Assembly (NCBI GenBank): GCA_947452755.1
Contig: CANGDT010000001.1
Span: 43,217 to 107,216, forward strand
Source: Actinomycetota bacterium
GTDB taxonomy: Bacteria; Actinomycetota; Actinomycetes; S36-B12; UBA5976
Direction: 5' to 3'
DNA length: 64,000 bases
The notes beneath the pieces were generated by a model. That model was not told the origin of the DNA and made no database searches. It worked only from the letters and a program-made list of their open reading frames with translations. The first letter of the stretch is position 1. The number at the start of each line of letters is the position of its first letter. Made by a program: the position numbers and the translations under genes. This document shows positions 1 to 10,278 of the stretch, in pieces.

Positions 1-447
1 GTGTGGGTTGGCGGCGGATCAGTAGCCAACTTGCTGGCGGTCTGGCGTCTCCACGGAGTGCCTGAAGCGATGCGAGATGCCTGGGAATCGGGAACTGTCC
101 TCGGCGGTGTCAGTGCTGGTTCGTTGTGTTGGCATGTCGGCGGTCCAACAGATTCCTTCGGCCCACAGCTGGAAACGGTCACTGATTCACTTGGATTCTT
201 GCCATACGGTAACGGCGTTCACTATGACTCAGAGGCGCAACGTCGACCGCTTCTGCAAAGTCTCGTGGCCGATGGAACACTGCCCTTGTCATTTGCCACT
301 GACGATCACGCCGGCATTGTGTATTCAGGAACAGACGCCGTCGAGGTCGTGATTGATTCGCCAACTGCGCCCGCACGTGCTTATCGCGTAGAAAAAGTGG
401 CCGGGGAAGTTGTAGAGACAACTCTTGAAATTGGCGCGCTCAAATAG
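1..447 (+). CDS. Peptidase S51 family protein (dipeptidase E / cyanophycinase-like), 3' part only; the N-terminus lies upstream of the window
   Basis: The ORF is open from the window edge. GGGSVANLL and GVSAGSLCW (a nucleophile-elbow Ser) fit the S51 pattern as I remember it. Confidence 0.55.
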   Translation: MWVGGGSVANLLAVWRLHGVPEAMRDAWESGTVLGGVSAGSLCWHVGGPTDSFGPQLETVTDSLGFLPYGNGVHYDSEAQRRPLLQSLVADGTLPLSFATDDHAGIVYSGTDAVEVVIDSPTAPARAYRVEKVAGEVVETTLEIGALK

Positions 448-464
448 TCGATGCGCCTAATGCA

Positions 465-1736
465 TTAACGACCGTCTGCTAATAGCGCTTCTGCTGCGCG
501 ACGACCACTATGGAACGCACCGTTAATTGATGACACATCGCGATAATCACCCGCAACGTAGAGTCCTGTATCAACTCGCGGATCCGTTGCAATCACATGT
601 GGTGGCAACATCGCAGGCAACGCCTCTGGAATGACATATGTGGCTGCGTGGGTCCAGCCGCTCGTTGGCATCGAATAAAGCGAAGCAAGATGGCCGCGAA
701 CTTGTGCTTCGGCTTGTGGTGAGGGATGGGTGCCAATCGCAGATGAGGAAATCAGTACCCGTCCATCGGTGGAATATGTTGGCGCGGCATTGGTCAAGGC
801 AACCGTATTGACAACTGGTCGAGTCATGTCAGTGTGGCCGTGAGTGAATCGCTTACCGTCGACCAACAAAATTCCATGACCATGGGTGATGTCTTCGGGA
901 CGGCAATCCGCAACGTGATACCAGGTCGTCACAGCATTTCCTGGTGTCGCTTTCAATCCAGGGACCAGTTGTGAGGCATGGTAACTGTTTGTCGCCACAA
1001 TCACGGCGCGCGCGTTAATTGATCCTTGAGCCGTGTCTACGCGGTGAGGGGTCACGGCGGTGACTCGTGTATTCACGTGCACCGAACCTGGATTCAGTTG
1101 GGCAACAAGCTGTCTTGGGATCTCTTGCATGCCGCGCGCCGGAACTCCCGGCACGCCGCGAACGAATGAGCGCAACACCATGTCGAAAAAGCGCTTTGAA
1201 GTAGCCAGATTATCCTCCAGGAAAACGCCGGCCAAGAACGGACGGAGCATCTTGTCGGTAAATTCGTCGCCGAATTTGCGCCGCACAAAAGATTCGGTGC
1301 TCTGGTCGATTTTGTCGAGCTCAAGGTGACCAAGGGCATTGCGCGCGGCATATGACGCAAACTTCAACTTCTTTGAAAATGGGCCAACTGGGGCTAGGAG
1401 AGTGTCGATGGCTTTTGTTGGTTCACGTCGCGGATCAGCAAGCTGGTAGTGCCGGCCATCAATCGACACGATGACACCAGGCGAAAAACTCTTCAAGTCC
1501 AAAGACACTAAGTCCAGAATTCGAGCGCCTTCGTTATATGAAGGGTTGTAAAGCTGGAAGCCTCGGTCAAGTGTCAGGCCATCAACTAAGTCGGTTCGTA
1601 CCCGACCACCAAAATCGTCACTTGCATCCACAACGACAACGTCGCGTCCTGCCAAGGTCAGTCGACGAGCAGCGGACAGGCCAGAAAGTCCCGCCCCGAC
1701 AATGACGACGTCTGCATTTTGTGGAAGTGTGCTCAC
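465..1736 (-). CDS. NAD(P)/FAD-dependent oxidoreductase (amine-oxidase / CrtI-like fold)
   Basis: N-terminal dinucleotide-binding motif VVIVGAGLSGLSAARRL...VVVVDASDDFGGR. The GTG start lies 1 bp after the stop of the upstream gene 1738-2628. Confidence 0.7.
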   Translation of the reverse strand: MSTLPQNADVVIVGAGLSGLSAARRLTLAGRDVVVVDASDDFGGRVRTDLVDGLTLDRGFQLYNPSYNEGARILDLVSLDLKSFSPGVIVSIDGRHYQLADPRREPTKAIDTLLAPVGPFSKKLKFASYAARNALGHLELDKIDQSTESFVRRKFGDEFTDKMLRPFLAGVFLEDNLATSKRFFDMVLRSFVRGVPGVPARGMQEIPRQLVAQLNPGSVHVNTRVTAVTPHRVDTAQGSINARAVIVATNSYHASQLVPGLKATPGNAVTTWYHVADCRPEDITHGHGILLVDGKRFTHGHTDMTRPVVNTVALTNAAPTYSTDGRVLISSSAIGTHPSPQAEAQVRGHLASLYSMPTSGWTHAATYVIPEALPAMLPPHVIATDPRVDTGLYVAGDYRDVSSINGAFHSGRRAAEALLADGR

Positions 1737-1737
1737 G

Positions 1738-2628
1738 TTAGTCCTTGATTGTCAGCGTGCTCATTGCAGACAAAACATCAGGGTCACTGAAGGTAAACCC
1801 TGCGTCGATCAGTTTTTGAGGAATGACTCGAGTGGAGCTAAGTATTTCAGTGGAAAATTCACCGAGCGCAATTTTGAGTGCGAAGGCTGGTGCAGGTACG
1901 AGTGTAGGTCGCTTGAATACTTTGCCCATTGCCTTGGTGACTTCGGCATTTGTGGCTGGCTGCGGAGCGGTCAAATTTACTGGACCAGAAAGTTCTATGT
2001 GAGAAATGAGAAACTTGAATGCTTCAATTTCGTCGCGCATCGAAATGAATGACCAGTACTGCTTGCCATTGCCAAGCTTGCCGCCAATGCCCAATTTGAA
2101 CAGAGGAATCAATTTTGCCCAGGCGCCACCCCGTGCAGATACCACCAAACCTGTGCGGGGATGAACGACGCGAACACCTGCATTACGCGCTGGATCAGCG
2201 GCTTGCTCCCATTGGGCCACCACGTCAGCCAGAAAACCTCCACCGCGAGGTGAGGATTCGTCAACTTTGTTTGAGCCTGTGTCTCCGTAGTAACCCATGG
2301 CACTGGCGTTTATCAGGACTTGCGGTTTGATCTCTGCCGCAGCGACGGCCATGACTCGAGTGGAATCTACCCGCGAGCTCAGGATTGTTTCCTTGTAGGA
2401 CGAAGTCCACCGGTGGTCACCGACACCGGCACCAGCCAAGTTAATCATGACGTCTGTACCAATGAGTGCGTCCCGATCAATTACACCGGCTGAAGGATCC
2501 CAGGAAATTTCTGTTGGGGCAGTGGCGTTACGTCTCACAAGGCGAAATACTTCATGACCTTCGGCGCGCAAAGATTTGACGAGTTCTGTGCCGATGAGTC
2601 CTGATGATCCGGCGATGACAATCTTCAT
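1738..2628 (-). CDS. TIGR01777/YfcH-like NAD-dependent epimerase family protein
   Basis: Rossmann motif MKIVIAGSSGLIGTELV, about 296 aa. I moved the start to ATG 2628, which is preceded by a GGGAG RBS, rather than the track start at 2664. Confidence 0.7.
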   Translation of the reverse strand: MKIVIAGSSGLIGTELVKSLRAEGHEVFRLVRRNATAPTEISWDPSAGVIDRDALIGTDVMINLAGAGVGDHRWTSSYKETILSSRVDSTRVMAVAAAEIKPQVLINASAMGYYGDTGSNKVDESSPRGGGFLADVVAQWEQAADPARNAGVRVVHPRTGLVVSARGGAWAKLIPLFKLGIGGKLGNGKQYWSFISMRDEIEAFKFLISHIELSGPVNLTAPQPATNAEVTKAMGKVFKRPTLVPAPAFALKIALGEFSTEILSSTRVIPQKLIDAGFTFSDPDVLSAMSTLTIKD

Positions 2629-2718
2629 GCTGCTCCCTTTGCTTAGAGCACCTTTAAAACGCATGCTCTTATCGTGGTGACATCCTCATGCTGTTGCATG
2701 TGGTCTGCCCCAAAAAAG

Positions 2719-4419
2719 TTACAGACCTAAATCTGCTTCGAACGCACCTTCTTCTAGGCGAGCCTTGATGGCCGACAAGAAGCGAGCTGCATCGGCGCCA
2801 TCAACAATTCGGTGATCGTAGGTAAGGGCCAGGTAAACCATTTGGCGTACTGCAATAACGTCAGCGCCCGAATCGTCCTTGATAACTACTGGACGCTTGA
2901 CGACCGCGCCTGTGCCCAGGATGGCTACCTGTGGCTGGTTGATGATTGGAGTGTCGAAAAGTGCTCCGCGACTGCCGGTATTGGTGATGGTGAATGTTCC
3001 ACCGCTGAGTTCATCGGGCGACAGTTTATTTGTGCGGGTGCGTTCAGCAAGTTCATTGATCTTGCGAGACAGCCCAGCGATGTTGAGATCACCAGCATCA
3101 CGCACCACTGGAACAAGTAATCCACGTTCGGTGTCTACCGCGATACCGATGTGCTCTGAATCGTAGTAGGTAACCATGCCTTCGGCTTGATTGATTGATG
3201 CATTGATCATTGGGAACTGCTTGAGTGCTTCGATGGATGCCTTCGCAAAGAATGGAAGGAACGACAACTTAACGCCTTCACGCGCCTCGAAGGCATTCTT
3301 GGAGCGTGCGCGCAGTGCTGCGATGCGGCTGACGTCCACTTCGACGACTGAAGTGAGTTGTGCAGAGACTTGGAGTGACTCGACCATGCGTTCAGCAATG
3401 ACTTTACGAAGTCGTGTCATTGGTACGGTCTTGCCACGCACATCGTTCACAGCTGAACCTGGAACCACTGCTGGTGTAGCGGCTGGTTGCACTGCTGGTG
3501 CTGGCGGTGTGTGTGGAACACTCGCAACGGGGCGATCGACAGGAATCGGCTGCGGCGCAACTGTTGCAGGAGTGCCTTCAATATCTTCCTTGCGAATTCG
3601 TCCACCAATTCCAGTGCCAATGACTGTGCTGAGGTCTACGCCGCGCTCTGCTGCCAGTTTGCGTACTAATGGTGTTGCGTAAGCAGATGAGTTATTAACG
3701 GGAGCACTCACAGTTTGCGCAGACACAACTGGTGTAACAGGTTGTGTCTGTGTTGCTGGCTGCGCTGGCGTTGCCGGCAACACTGGCGTTGGAGTAGGTG
3801 CGCTTGCGTTGCTGGCCACGCCAATAACGCCAAGTTGTCCGCCGACTTGGGCTACACCGTCTTCGCCAACGGTGATTTCCAAGAGCGTGCCTGCAACAGG
3901 TGAAGGAATTTCGGTATCGACTTTGTCCGTTGATACCTCAAGGAGTGCTTCATCAGCAGCAACAGTGTCGCCAACGGCCTTGAGCCAACGAGTGACGGTT
4001 CCTTCAGTCACGCTTTCGCCGAGTGCAGGCAGTAGGACTGGGGTGGCAGAGGCGCTGCTTGATGATTCACTTGCTGGAACTGGTGCACTTGCTGGAACTG
4101 GTGCGGGTGCAGCCGGCTCAGGTGCAGCAACAGGCTCAGGAGCAACGACCGCAACAGCGGCTGGTGCTGCAGTGGCCGAGCCACTTTCTGAAATCACAGC
4201 GAGTGCGCCGCCAACAAGAACTACTGCATCTTCGCCAGCAACGATTTCAGTAAGGATTCCGCTAACTGGTGAGGGGATTTCGGTATCTACTTTGTCAGTC
4301 GACACCTCAAGTAACGGTTCGTCCGCAGCTACAGTGTCGCCAACGGCCTTGAGCCATCGCGTGACGGTTCCTTCGGTGACGCTTTCGCCAAGTTGTGGCA
4401 TTGATACTGTCGTCGACAC
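2719..4419 (-). CDS. sucB: 2-oxoacid dehydrogenase E2 component (dihydrolipoamide succinyl/acyltransferase) with two lipoyl domains
   Basis: Two lipoyl-Lys motifs (EVSTDKVDTEIPSP x2) and Ala/Pro linkers. Subunit-binding domain ATPLVRKLAAERGVDLSTVIGTGIGGRIRKEDI. Catalytic motif YDHRIVDGADAARF. Confidence 0.9.
   Translation of the reverse strand: MSTTVSMPQLGESVTEGTVTRWLKAVGDTVAADEPLLEVSTDKVDTEIPSPVSGILTEIVAGEDAVVLVGGALAVISESGSATAAPAAVAVVAPEPVAAPEPAAPAPVPASAPVPASESSSSASATPVLLPALGESVTEGTVTRWLKAVGDTVAADEALLEVSTDKVDTEIPSPVAGTLLEITVGEDGVAQVGGQLGVIGVASNASAPTPTPVLPATPAQPATQTQPVTPVVSAQTVSAPVNNSSAYATPLVRKLAAERGVDLSTVIGTGIGGRIRKEDIEGTPATVAPQPIPVDRPVASVPHTPPAPAVQPAATPAVVPGSAVNDVRGKTVPMTRLRKVIAERMVESLQVSAQLTSVVEVDVSRIAALRARSKNAFEAREGVKLSFLPFFAKASIEALKQFPMINASINQAEGMVTYYDSEHIGIAVDTERGLLVPVVRDAGDLNIAGLSRKINELAERTRTNKLSPDELSGGTFTITNTGSRGALFDTPIINQPQVAILGTGAVVKRPVVIKDDSGADVIAVRQMVYLALTYDHRIVDGADAARFLSAIKARLEEGAFEADLGL
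3805..4407 (-). repeat. Internal duplication inside sucB: two near-identical lipoyl-domain coding segments offset by 369 bp
   Basis: LGESVTEGTVTRWLKAVGDTVAADE.LLEVSTDKVDTEIPSPV occurs at aa 10 and aa 133. The DNA copies around 4381 and 4012 (gctttcgccaag / gctttcgccgag) are clearly homologous. Confidence 0.8.
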
Positions 4420-4463
4420 TGCGGTTATCTCCTTAAGAGCTGTTACGTGTAAAGGTTATTGCT

Positions 4464-5822
4464 TTAGGCGTGGGCGTGCAGGGGCTTACCGGCAAGTGCA
4501 AGGAACGCCTCGCCAAGTGCCTCGTTTTGGGTTGGATGGGCATGAACAAGTGGCGCCACGTCTTCGGCGGTCGCTTCCCAGTTGTAAATAAGTTGCGCTT
4601 CACCAATGAGTTCGCCAACACGCGCTCCAATCATGTGCACGCCGACAACTGGACCATCTTTCTTGCGGACAAGTTTGATGAATCCGGCTGTACCCAGGAT
4701 TTGGCTCTTTCCGTTGCCACCCAAGTTGTATTCGTAGGTGTCGACTTCGCCAAATTTTTCGGTTGCTTGAGCTTCGGTATAGCCGATGCTTGCAATTTCA
4801 GGTTCGCTGTATGTGACGCGGGGGATACCTGATTCGTCGATAGTTTGTGGCGCCAAGCCAGCAATTTCTTCAGCCACAAAAATACCTTGTTGAAATCCGC
4901 GGTGTGCAAGTTGTAGACCAGGAACGATGTCACCAACTGCGTAAATGCCGGGCACGTTTGTTGCTAGTCGCTCGTTTGCCAAAACAAATCCGCGATCCAT
5001 TGAGACACCCTGCTCTTCGTAGCCGAGACCTTCGGTACGTGGACCGCGACCAACGGCTACCAACAGCAGGTCAGCCGAAATGGTTTCGCCGGATTCAAGT
5101 GTGATGGTGACTGAGGTGTCGTCTTGAGTAGCACCTGAAAAACGAACACCTGTTTTGAAATTGATTCCACGCTTGCGGTAAGCGCGTTCCATTGTCTTAG
5201 ACACTGAGGCGTCTTCCGCAGGAACAAGTGTTGGCAAGCCTTCAACGATGGTGACATCAACGCCGAATGACTTCCAGACTGAGGCAAATTCAACCCCGAT
5301 AACGCCGCCACCAAGAATAATCACGCTTGCTGGGACGTAATCCATTGTCAGAGCCTGGTCGCTTGTCATGATGCGCCCGCTAATTTCTAAACCTGGCAAC
5401 GAACGTGCATATGAGCCAGTTGCCAAAACAATATTCTTGCCTTCGTAGCGTTGGCCATTCACTTCAACGATATGAGGCGCAACTAGTCGACCTGAGCCTT
5501 CAACATATGTGATGTCGCGACTTCCGACGAGCCCCTGAAGTCCCTTATAGAGGCGACCGATGACGCCATCTTTGTAGGCGTTTACCTTTGTCATGTCGAT
5601 GCCATTGAGTGTGCTGTGCACACCAATCTTTTCGCCTTCACGTGCGGTGTCGGCGACTTCGGCTGCGTGAAGTAATGCCTTGGTTGGGATGCATCCGCGG
5701 TGAAGGCAGGTGCCACCTAATTTGTCCTGCTCAATAAGGACAACTGAAAGACCCAATTGTGATGCGCGTAAAGCACATGCATAGCCGCCACTTCCGCCAC
5801 CAAGAATTACGATGTCGTGCAT
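4464..5822 (-). CDS. lpdA: Dihydrolipoyl dehydrogenase (E3)
   Basis: FAD motif ILGGGSGGY, redox-active disulfide GGTCLHRGCIPTK, C-terminal HAHPTQNEAL. It lies directly upstream of sucB. Confidence 0.92.
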   Translation of the reverse strand: MHDIVILGGGSGGYACALRASQLGLSVVLIEQDKLGGTCLHRGCIPTKALLHAAEVADTAREGEKIGVHSTLNGIDMTKVNAYKDGVIGRLYKGLQGLVGSRDITYVEGSGRLVAPHIVEVNGQRYEGKNIVLATGSYARSLPGLEISGRIMTSDQALTMDYVPASVIILGGGVIGVEFASVWKSFGVDVTIVEGLPTLVPAEDASVSKTMERAYRKRGINFKTGVRFSGATQDDTSVTITLESGETISADLLLVAVGRGPRTEGLGYEEQGVSMDRGFVLANERLATNVPGIYAVGDIVPGLQLAHRGFQQGIFVAEEIAGLAPQTIDESGIPRVTYSEPEIASIGYTEAQATEKFGEVDTYEYNLGGNGKSQILGTAGFIKLVRKKDGPVVGVHMIGARVGELIGEAQLIYNWEATAEDVAPLVHAHPTQNEALGEAFLALAGKPLHAHA

Positions 5823-5901
5823 TTTGCCTCCGCTACAACTTCAACGTGCGCACCTGCGCAGTTCTATTGTTTCACTTCAGGAATGGTGCTGTGCGACAGG
5901 G

Positions 5902-7437
5902 TTAGAGTGCGGTCTGGCCTGATTCGATGTCCTCAACAAAGGCGAGCATGGTGCGAATGCCAAATCCAACGCCACCCCTATGGGTGTAGCCCCAGGGTGC
6001 CATTGAGTTGAAGGCCGGTCCAGCGATATCCAGGTGCGCCCAGGGCAAACCTTCAGGGACAAACTCCTTCAAGAACCATCCTGCTGAGAGCATTCCACCT
6101 TCGCGCTTACCGATGTTTGCAATGTCGGCCACCTGGGAATTCAGCGGTTCGCGCAGCTCTTCAGGAAGCGGCATAGGCCAGAATGCTTCACCAGCACGAT
6201 CGGCGGCATTCTTCACAGCAGTGCGAACGGCTTCGTCGCCAATGATTCCAGCTGTGCGAGTACCGAGTGCCACAACTGCTGCGCCTGTGAGGGTGGCAAT
6301 GTCGATCATGACGTCAGGATTGTCTTCGGAGGCACGCACAATTGCGTCCATCAGCACCAAGCGACCTTCAGCGTCTGTGTTCAAGACTTCAACTGTACGA
6401 CCACCGTATGCAGTGATGACATCTCCAGGACGTTGCGCCCCTCCGCCAGGCATATTTTCTGCGCAAGCCGCATACGCTGTAACGGCAATAGGAAGTTCAA
6501 GTGTCGCGATTGCATGCATGGTCGCAATGACCGCCGCAGCGCCAGACATGTCACCCTTCATCTCATGCATGTTTAGCGGTGGCTTGAGTGAGATGCCGCC
6601 GGTATCAAACGTGATGCCCTTACCGAGGAGTGCGACGTGGCGTGTTGCACCTTTGGGCTTGTACTCCATGCGAATCAACCGCGGTGGGCGAGTGGAACCC
6701 ATGCCCACGGCAAGGATGCCACCGTAGCCACCTGCTGAGAGTGCTTTCTCGTCGAGGATCTGGACTTTTACTGAGGTGCCGGTTAACAAGTCTTTAGCAG
6801 CCAGCGCGAGTTCTGCTGGAGGCAAGTGTCGTGGCGAAGTATTGATGACGTCGCGTGCAAAAGTCACAGACTGCACGATGGCTCGACTGCGGACAAGAGC
6901 TGCTTTGAATTCAGCGTTGCGAGTCTGGTCGGTGAAGAGTGTTACTGAAGCCACGGGTGCTTTCAGTGCGCCCAGCGTCGCGGCTTTGTGTTCAGTAAAT
7001 GAGTAAGCGCCTAAGCCTGCACCTTCAAGAAGTGCGCCTGCGGCGCCGGCGTAGGCCGCAGGAATTGCTAGCGAAACCTTTTTGAAACCGGCAAGGGAAC
7101 GCGTCGCCGAGCCTGCTGCCCGACGCAATGTTTCTTCGGTAATGCCATGACGAGCAGACCCCACACCAACGGCAACGATTACTTTTGCGGACGCGAGTGT
7201 GCCAGCGGGAATGCGAACTACTTCACCGACTTTGCCCGTCGCGCCGACGGCAAGAAGCTGGTCACGCAGTTTTGTAACGACTGCTTTCGGCCATGAATCG
7301 GTAACGGTTGAATCTGTAAAGATTGAGAACTTGTCGTCAGTCGAGGTGGCAACGATCAGTGCATCCGTCACCGTTGTCAGAGCGTTTCCATTCTTAAGGG
7401 CTAGTGTCGCCATGCGTTCTGTGGATGTTGTAGCCAT
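5902..7437 (-). CDS. pepA: Leucyl aminopeptidase (M17)
   Basis: M17 signature VLNTDAEGRLVL and GKGITFDTGG. The start is set to ATG 7437, which has an AGGAGA RBS 7 nt upstream; the track start at 7467 is less likely. Confidence 0.88.
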   Translation of the reverse strand: MATTSTERMATLALKNGNALTTVTDALIVATSTDDKFSIFTDSTVTDSWPKAVVTKLRDQLLAVGATGKVGEVVRIPAGTLASAKVIVAVGVGSARHGITEETLRRAAGSATRSLAGFKKVSLAIPAAYAGAAGALLEGAGLGAYSFTEHKAATLGALKAPVASVTLFTDQTRNAEFKAALVRSRAIVQSVTFARDVINTSPRHLPPAELALAAKDLLTGTSVKVQILDEKALSAGGYGGILAVGMGSTRPPRLIRMEYKPKGATRHVALLGKGITFDTGGISLKPPLNMHEMKGDMSGAAAVIATMHAIATLELPIAVTAYAACAENMPGGGAQRPGDVITAYGGRTVEVLNTDAEGRLVLMDAIVRASEDNPDVMIDIATLTGAAVVALGTRTAGIIGDEAVRTAVKNAADRAGEAFWPMPLPEELREPLNSQVADIANIGKREGGMLSAGWFLKEFVPEGLPWAHLDIAGPAFNSMAPWGYTHRGGVGFGIRTMLAFVEDIESGQTAL

Positions 7438-7517
7438 TGTGTCTCTCCTGAAGTGGACTGTTCCCAAGGCGGGTGGAACCCGTTCCTTGATGACACGTTA
7501 CTAGTACGGTTAGAGAC

Positions 7518-8603
7518 ATGACTGATGTCCCCTTGCACTCAACACACATTGCACTTGGCGCCAAGATGGGCCCGTTCGGCGGCTGGGAAATGCCGATCGA
7601 ATATTCAGCTGGAACGGTTGCTGAACACACTGCTGTCCGCAACGCGGTCGGTATTTTTGATGTGTCGCACATGGGAAAGGTGCGAATTGTTGGTGAAGGT
7701 GCATACGCGTTCGCTAACAGTTTGTTCGCCAATGACATGGACCGGATTCAGCCGGGAAGTGCTCAGTATTCAATGTTGTGCAATGAAAATGGCGGCATCA
7801 TTGATGACCTCATTGTGTACCTTGTGAGCGATACGGAAGTTCGTTTTATTCCGAACGCCGGCAATGCAAGTACAGTTGTCGCCGCACTTGAGGCAGTAAA
7901 GCCCTCGGAAATTGAAATTCATAATCTTCACACGGAACAGGGAATTCTCGCGATCCAGGGACCGAAATCGGCGGAGTTGTTAAATGCCCTCGGCCTACCG
8001 ACTGATCACGAATACATGGCCTTTGTTGATGCTGACTGGAACGGGTTCGATTTGAGTGTGTGCCGTACCGGATATACCGGAGAACACGGATATGAAATTG
8101 TGATCGCGAACGAAGGATTACAGCCACTCTGGGATGCACTTTTTGCGGCTGGGCAAAGCTTTGGTGTTCTGCCGTGCGGTCTTGGTGCTCGCGATACTTT
8201 GCGCACTGAGATGGGCTATGTATTGCATGGTCAAGATATTTCACCTGACATTTCACCCGTCCAGGCTCGAACCGGCTGGGCGGTTGGGTGGACCAAGGAC
8301 GCGTTTGCTGGTCGTTCCGCGCTCGTTGCTGAAAAGGCTGCTGGACCGAAACGTTTGGCATTTGGTTTGGTGGCAACTGATCGAGGCATTCCCCGTAGTC
8401 ACATGGTGGTCAAGAATTCGGCTGGTGACGTTGTTGGCGAAACAACATCAGGTACCTTCTCGCCAACATTGCAAAAGGGTATTGCGCTTGCCTTGCTCGA
8501 TCCGAGTGTGAGTTACGGTGACGCGTTAGTCGTCGATGTGCGTGGTCGTGATTTGAATGTCGAAGTTGTTAAGCCACCATTCTTGGCGGCAAGTACTAAA
8601 TAA
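7518..8603 (+). CDS. gcvT: Glycine cleavage system T protein (aminomethyltransferase)
   Basis: N-terminus PLHSTHIALGAKMGPFGGWEMPIEY and the RTGYTGEHGYEI motif; 361 aa. Confidence 0.9.
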   Translation: MTDVPLHSTHIALGAKMGPFGGWEMPIEYSAGTVAEHTAVRNAVGIFDVSHMGKVRIVGEGAYAFANSLFANDMDRIQPGSAQYSMLCNENGGIIDDLIVYLVSDTEVRFIPNAGNASTVVAALEAVKPSEIEIHNLHTEQGILAIQGPKSAELLNALGLPTDHEYMAFVDADWNGFDLSVCRTGYTGEHGYEIVIANEGLQPLWDALFAAGQSFGVLPCGLGARDTLRTEMGYVLHGQDISPDISPVQARTGWAVGWTKDAFAGRSALVAEKAAGPKRLAFGLVATDRGIPRSHMVVKNSAGDVVGETTSGTFSPTLQKGIALALLDPSVSYGDALVVDVRGRDLNVEVVKPPFLAASTK

Positions 8604-8628
8604 ATCGACCAAAGAGATCTGTTAAAAA

Positions 8629-8660
8629 AATTCCCCGCACAAATAATTGTGCGGGGAATT
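8629..8660. terminator. Bidirectional intrinsic terminator between convergent gcvT and the aquaporin gene
   Basis: Perfect 12-bp stem aattccccgcac / gtgcggggaatt with an 8-nt loop. It is flanked by an A-run (8624-8630) and a T-run (8659-8663). Confidence 0.75.
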
Positions 8661-8671
8661 TTTCTTGAGAT

Positions 8672-9322
8672 TTAGTCGCGAGCGGGCTTCATCACTAATT
8701 CGTAAACAGCAACTGCAATGAGTGCGCCAGCAATAGGACCAACGATCCAAACGATTGGGTTTGTTGACAGCGAACCGTCAACAAGTGCCGGTCCAAACCA
8801 GCGAGCTGGGTTCATGGCAGCGCCAGTAGCCGGACCTGCCCAAAAGATGTCACCAACGATGGCAAGACCAATTGGAAGGCCTGCGACGATTGGGAACGTA
8901 CCACGAGGGTCAACAGCAACACCCATGATGACAATCATCAAAATGAAGGTCGCCACAAGTTCAACCAGGATGCCTGTGCCAGTGCTGACGCCTGAGCCAA
9001 GTGCTGGAACACCCTTAAATCCACCGAATGCGCTCTTCGCAAGTGCTGCAGCCGCAACACCACCGAGAAGTTGAGCAACGATGTACGCAATAGCGTCAAC
9101 TGGTGCAATGCGACGAGTTGCTGCAAGTGCGACTGTGACAGCTGGGTTGAAATGTGCGCCGGAAACATGTGCGAAAGCACAGATTGCAATAAAGATTGCA
9201 AAGCCGTGTGCAAGTGCAATACCAGTCAGATCAGAGCCGTTGGTAATTGCGCCAATGCCAAAGAGGCAGAGGAAGAAAACGCCGAGGAACTCAGCAATCA
9301 GCCGAGCTGGTGCATCCTTCAT
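8672..9322 (-). CDS. MIP-family channel (aquaporin / glycerol facilitator type)
   Basis: Two NPA boxes (HFNPAVT and AMNPARW) and a six-TM hydrophobic profile; 216 aa. Confidence 0.88.
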   Translation of the reverse strand: MKDAPARLIAEFLGVFFLCLFGIGAITNGSDLTGIALAHGFAIFIAICAFAHVSGAHFNPAVTVALAATRRIAPVDAIAYIVAQLLGGVAAAALAKSAFGGFKGVPALGSGVSTGTGILVELVATFILMIVIMGVAVDPRGTFPIVAGLPIGLAIVGDIFWAGPATGAAMNPARWFGPALVDGSLSTNPIVWIVGPIAGALIAVAVYELVMKPARD

Positions 9323-9408
9323 GTGGGGGAACTCCTTTGTTCGTCATCGTCCCGGTGGACGACGGCAGTTCTTCCACGATATCGGGCGAACTCAGACGGG
9401 TAAATGAA

Positions 9409-9425
9409 GCGACTCGGCGAGTCGC
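9409..9425 (-). terminator. Weak hairpin downstream of the ABC ATPase gene
   Basis: gcgactc-ggc-gagtcgc (7-bp stem) is followed on the minus strand by ttcattt. There is no strong U-tract. Confidence 0.3.
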
Positions 9426-9450
9426 ACATCCAGGTTCCTCACAGTTAGCG

Positions 9451-10278
9451 TTATTGCGCGTTTCTACGGGGCAGCACCATGGGAAAACCGGCGTTGTCGA
9501 TGATGTCGACGTCGACTTTGTAATGGGCTTTGATATTTTCAGAGGTCAGTACTTCCTGTGGTGATCCACTTACTGTCGATCGGCCTTGCGACATAAGTAC
9601 TAGGTGATCTGTGTACATGCCTGAAACCGTGAGGTCGTGCATCGTGGAAATGACAGCAATTTTCCTCTCGGCGCGAAGGCGATCAATGAGTTCCAGCACT
9701 TCTTGTTGATGGCCGACATCAAGTGCCGTGGTGGGTTCGTCCAGCAGAATGAATGGACTTGCTTGAGCCAGCGCTCGAGCGATTGCAACGCGCTGTCGCT
9801 CGCCGCCGGACAGGCTGGCGACATCACGGTGGCTGAAATCGATGAGATCTAAATCGCGGAGAACTAATTCAGTCATCGCGGTGTCCATAGAGGTCTCGCT
9901 GGCTAGCAAGTTCAGGTGCGCAGTTCGCCCAAGCATCACATAGTCAAAGACGCGCATACCTCGAGGGAATACTGGGTCTTGTGCAACGTAGCCAATCCAG
10001 CAAGCACGATCTTTCTCACTGAACCCACGCAGGTCGTTGCCGTCAACTTTCAGTGAACCTTCGGACTTTAAAATGCCGGCAAGTGCTTTGAGAAAAGTTG
10101 ATTTGCCGGCACCATTTGGCCCAATGATGCATGTCCACTGCCCAACGGTCACATTGAGTGACATGTCGGCGACGATTTGCTTCTTGTCGATGGATACTGA
10201 CAGGTGATCAATCGCAAGTGTCGGTGTGACGGTGTTGCGCGAGTCAGACACAGTCTTCTTGTCAGGGTTATTTGTCAT
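9451..10278 (-). CDS. btuD: ABC transporter ATP-binding protein (FecE/BtuD type)
   Basis: Walker A GPNGAGKST, signature LSGGERQRV, Walker B ILLDEPT. The real start is MTNNPDKK at 10278, in an ATGA overlap with the permease stop. The gene symbol is inferred from the upstream cobalamin riboswitch. Confidence 0.85.
   Translation of the reverse strand: MTNNPDKKTVSDSRNTVTPTLAIDHLSVSIDKKQIVADMSLNVTVGQWTCIIGPNGAGKSTFLKALAGILKSEGSLKVDGNDLRGFSEKDRACWIGYVAQDPVFPRGMRVFDYVMLGRTAHLNLLASETSMDTAMTELVLRDLDLIDFSHRDVASLSGGERQRVAIARALAQASPFILLDEPTTALDVGHQQEVLELIDRLRAERKIAVISTMHDLTVSGMYTDHLVLMSQGRSTVSGSPQEVLTSENIKAHYKVDVDIIDNAGFPMVLPRRNAQ

Noticed and set aside
3809-4591. 260-aa plus-strand ORF rich in Ala/Thr/Ser/Pro
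   Set aside because: It mirrors the sucB lipoyl-domain and linker region on the opposite strand. The low-complexity, repeat-driven open frame is typical of antisense ORFs in GC-biased genes.
6008-6727. 239-aa plus-strand ORF
   Set aside because: It is antisense to pepA, which has clear M17 motifs. The product is Ser/Ala/Pro-rich with no recognisable domain.
7468-7517. Possible glycine riboswitch upstream of gcvT
   Set aside because: Only about 50 nt separate pepA and gcvT, which is far too short for a glycine aptamer. No conserved glycine-riboswitch core was seen.
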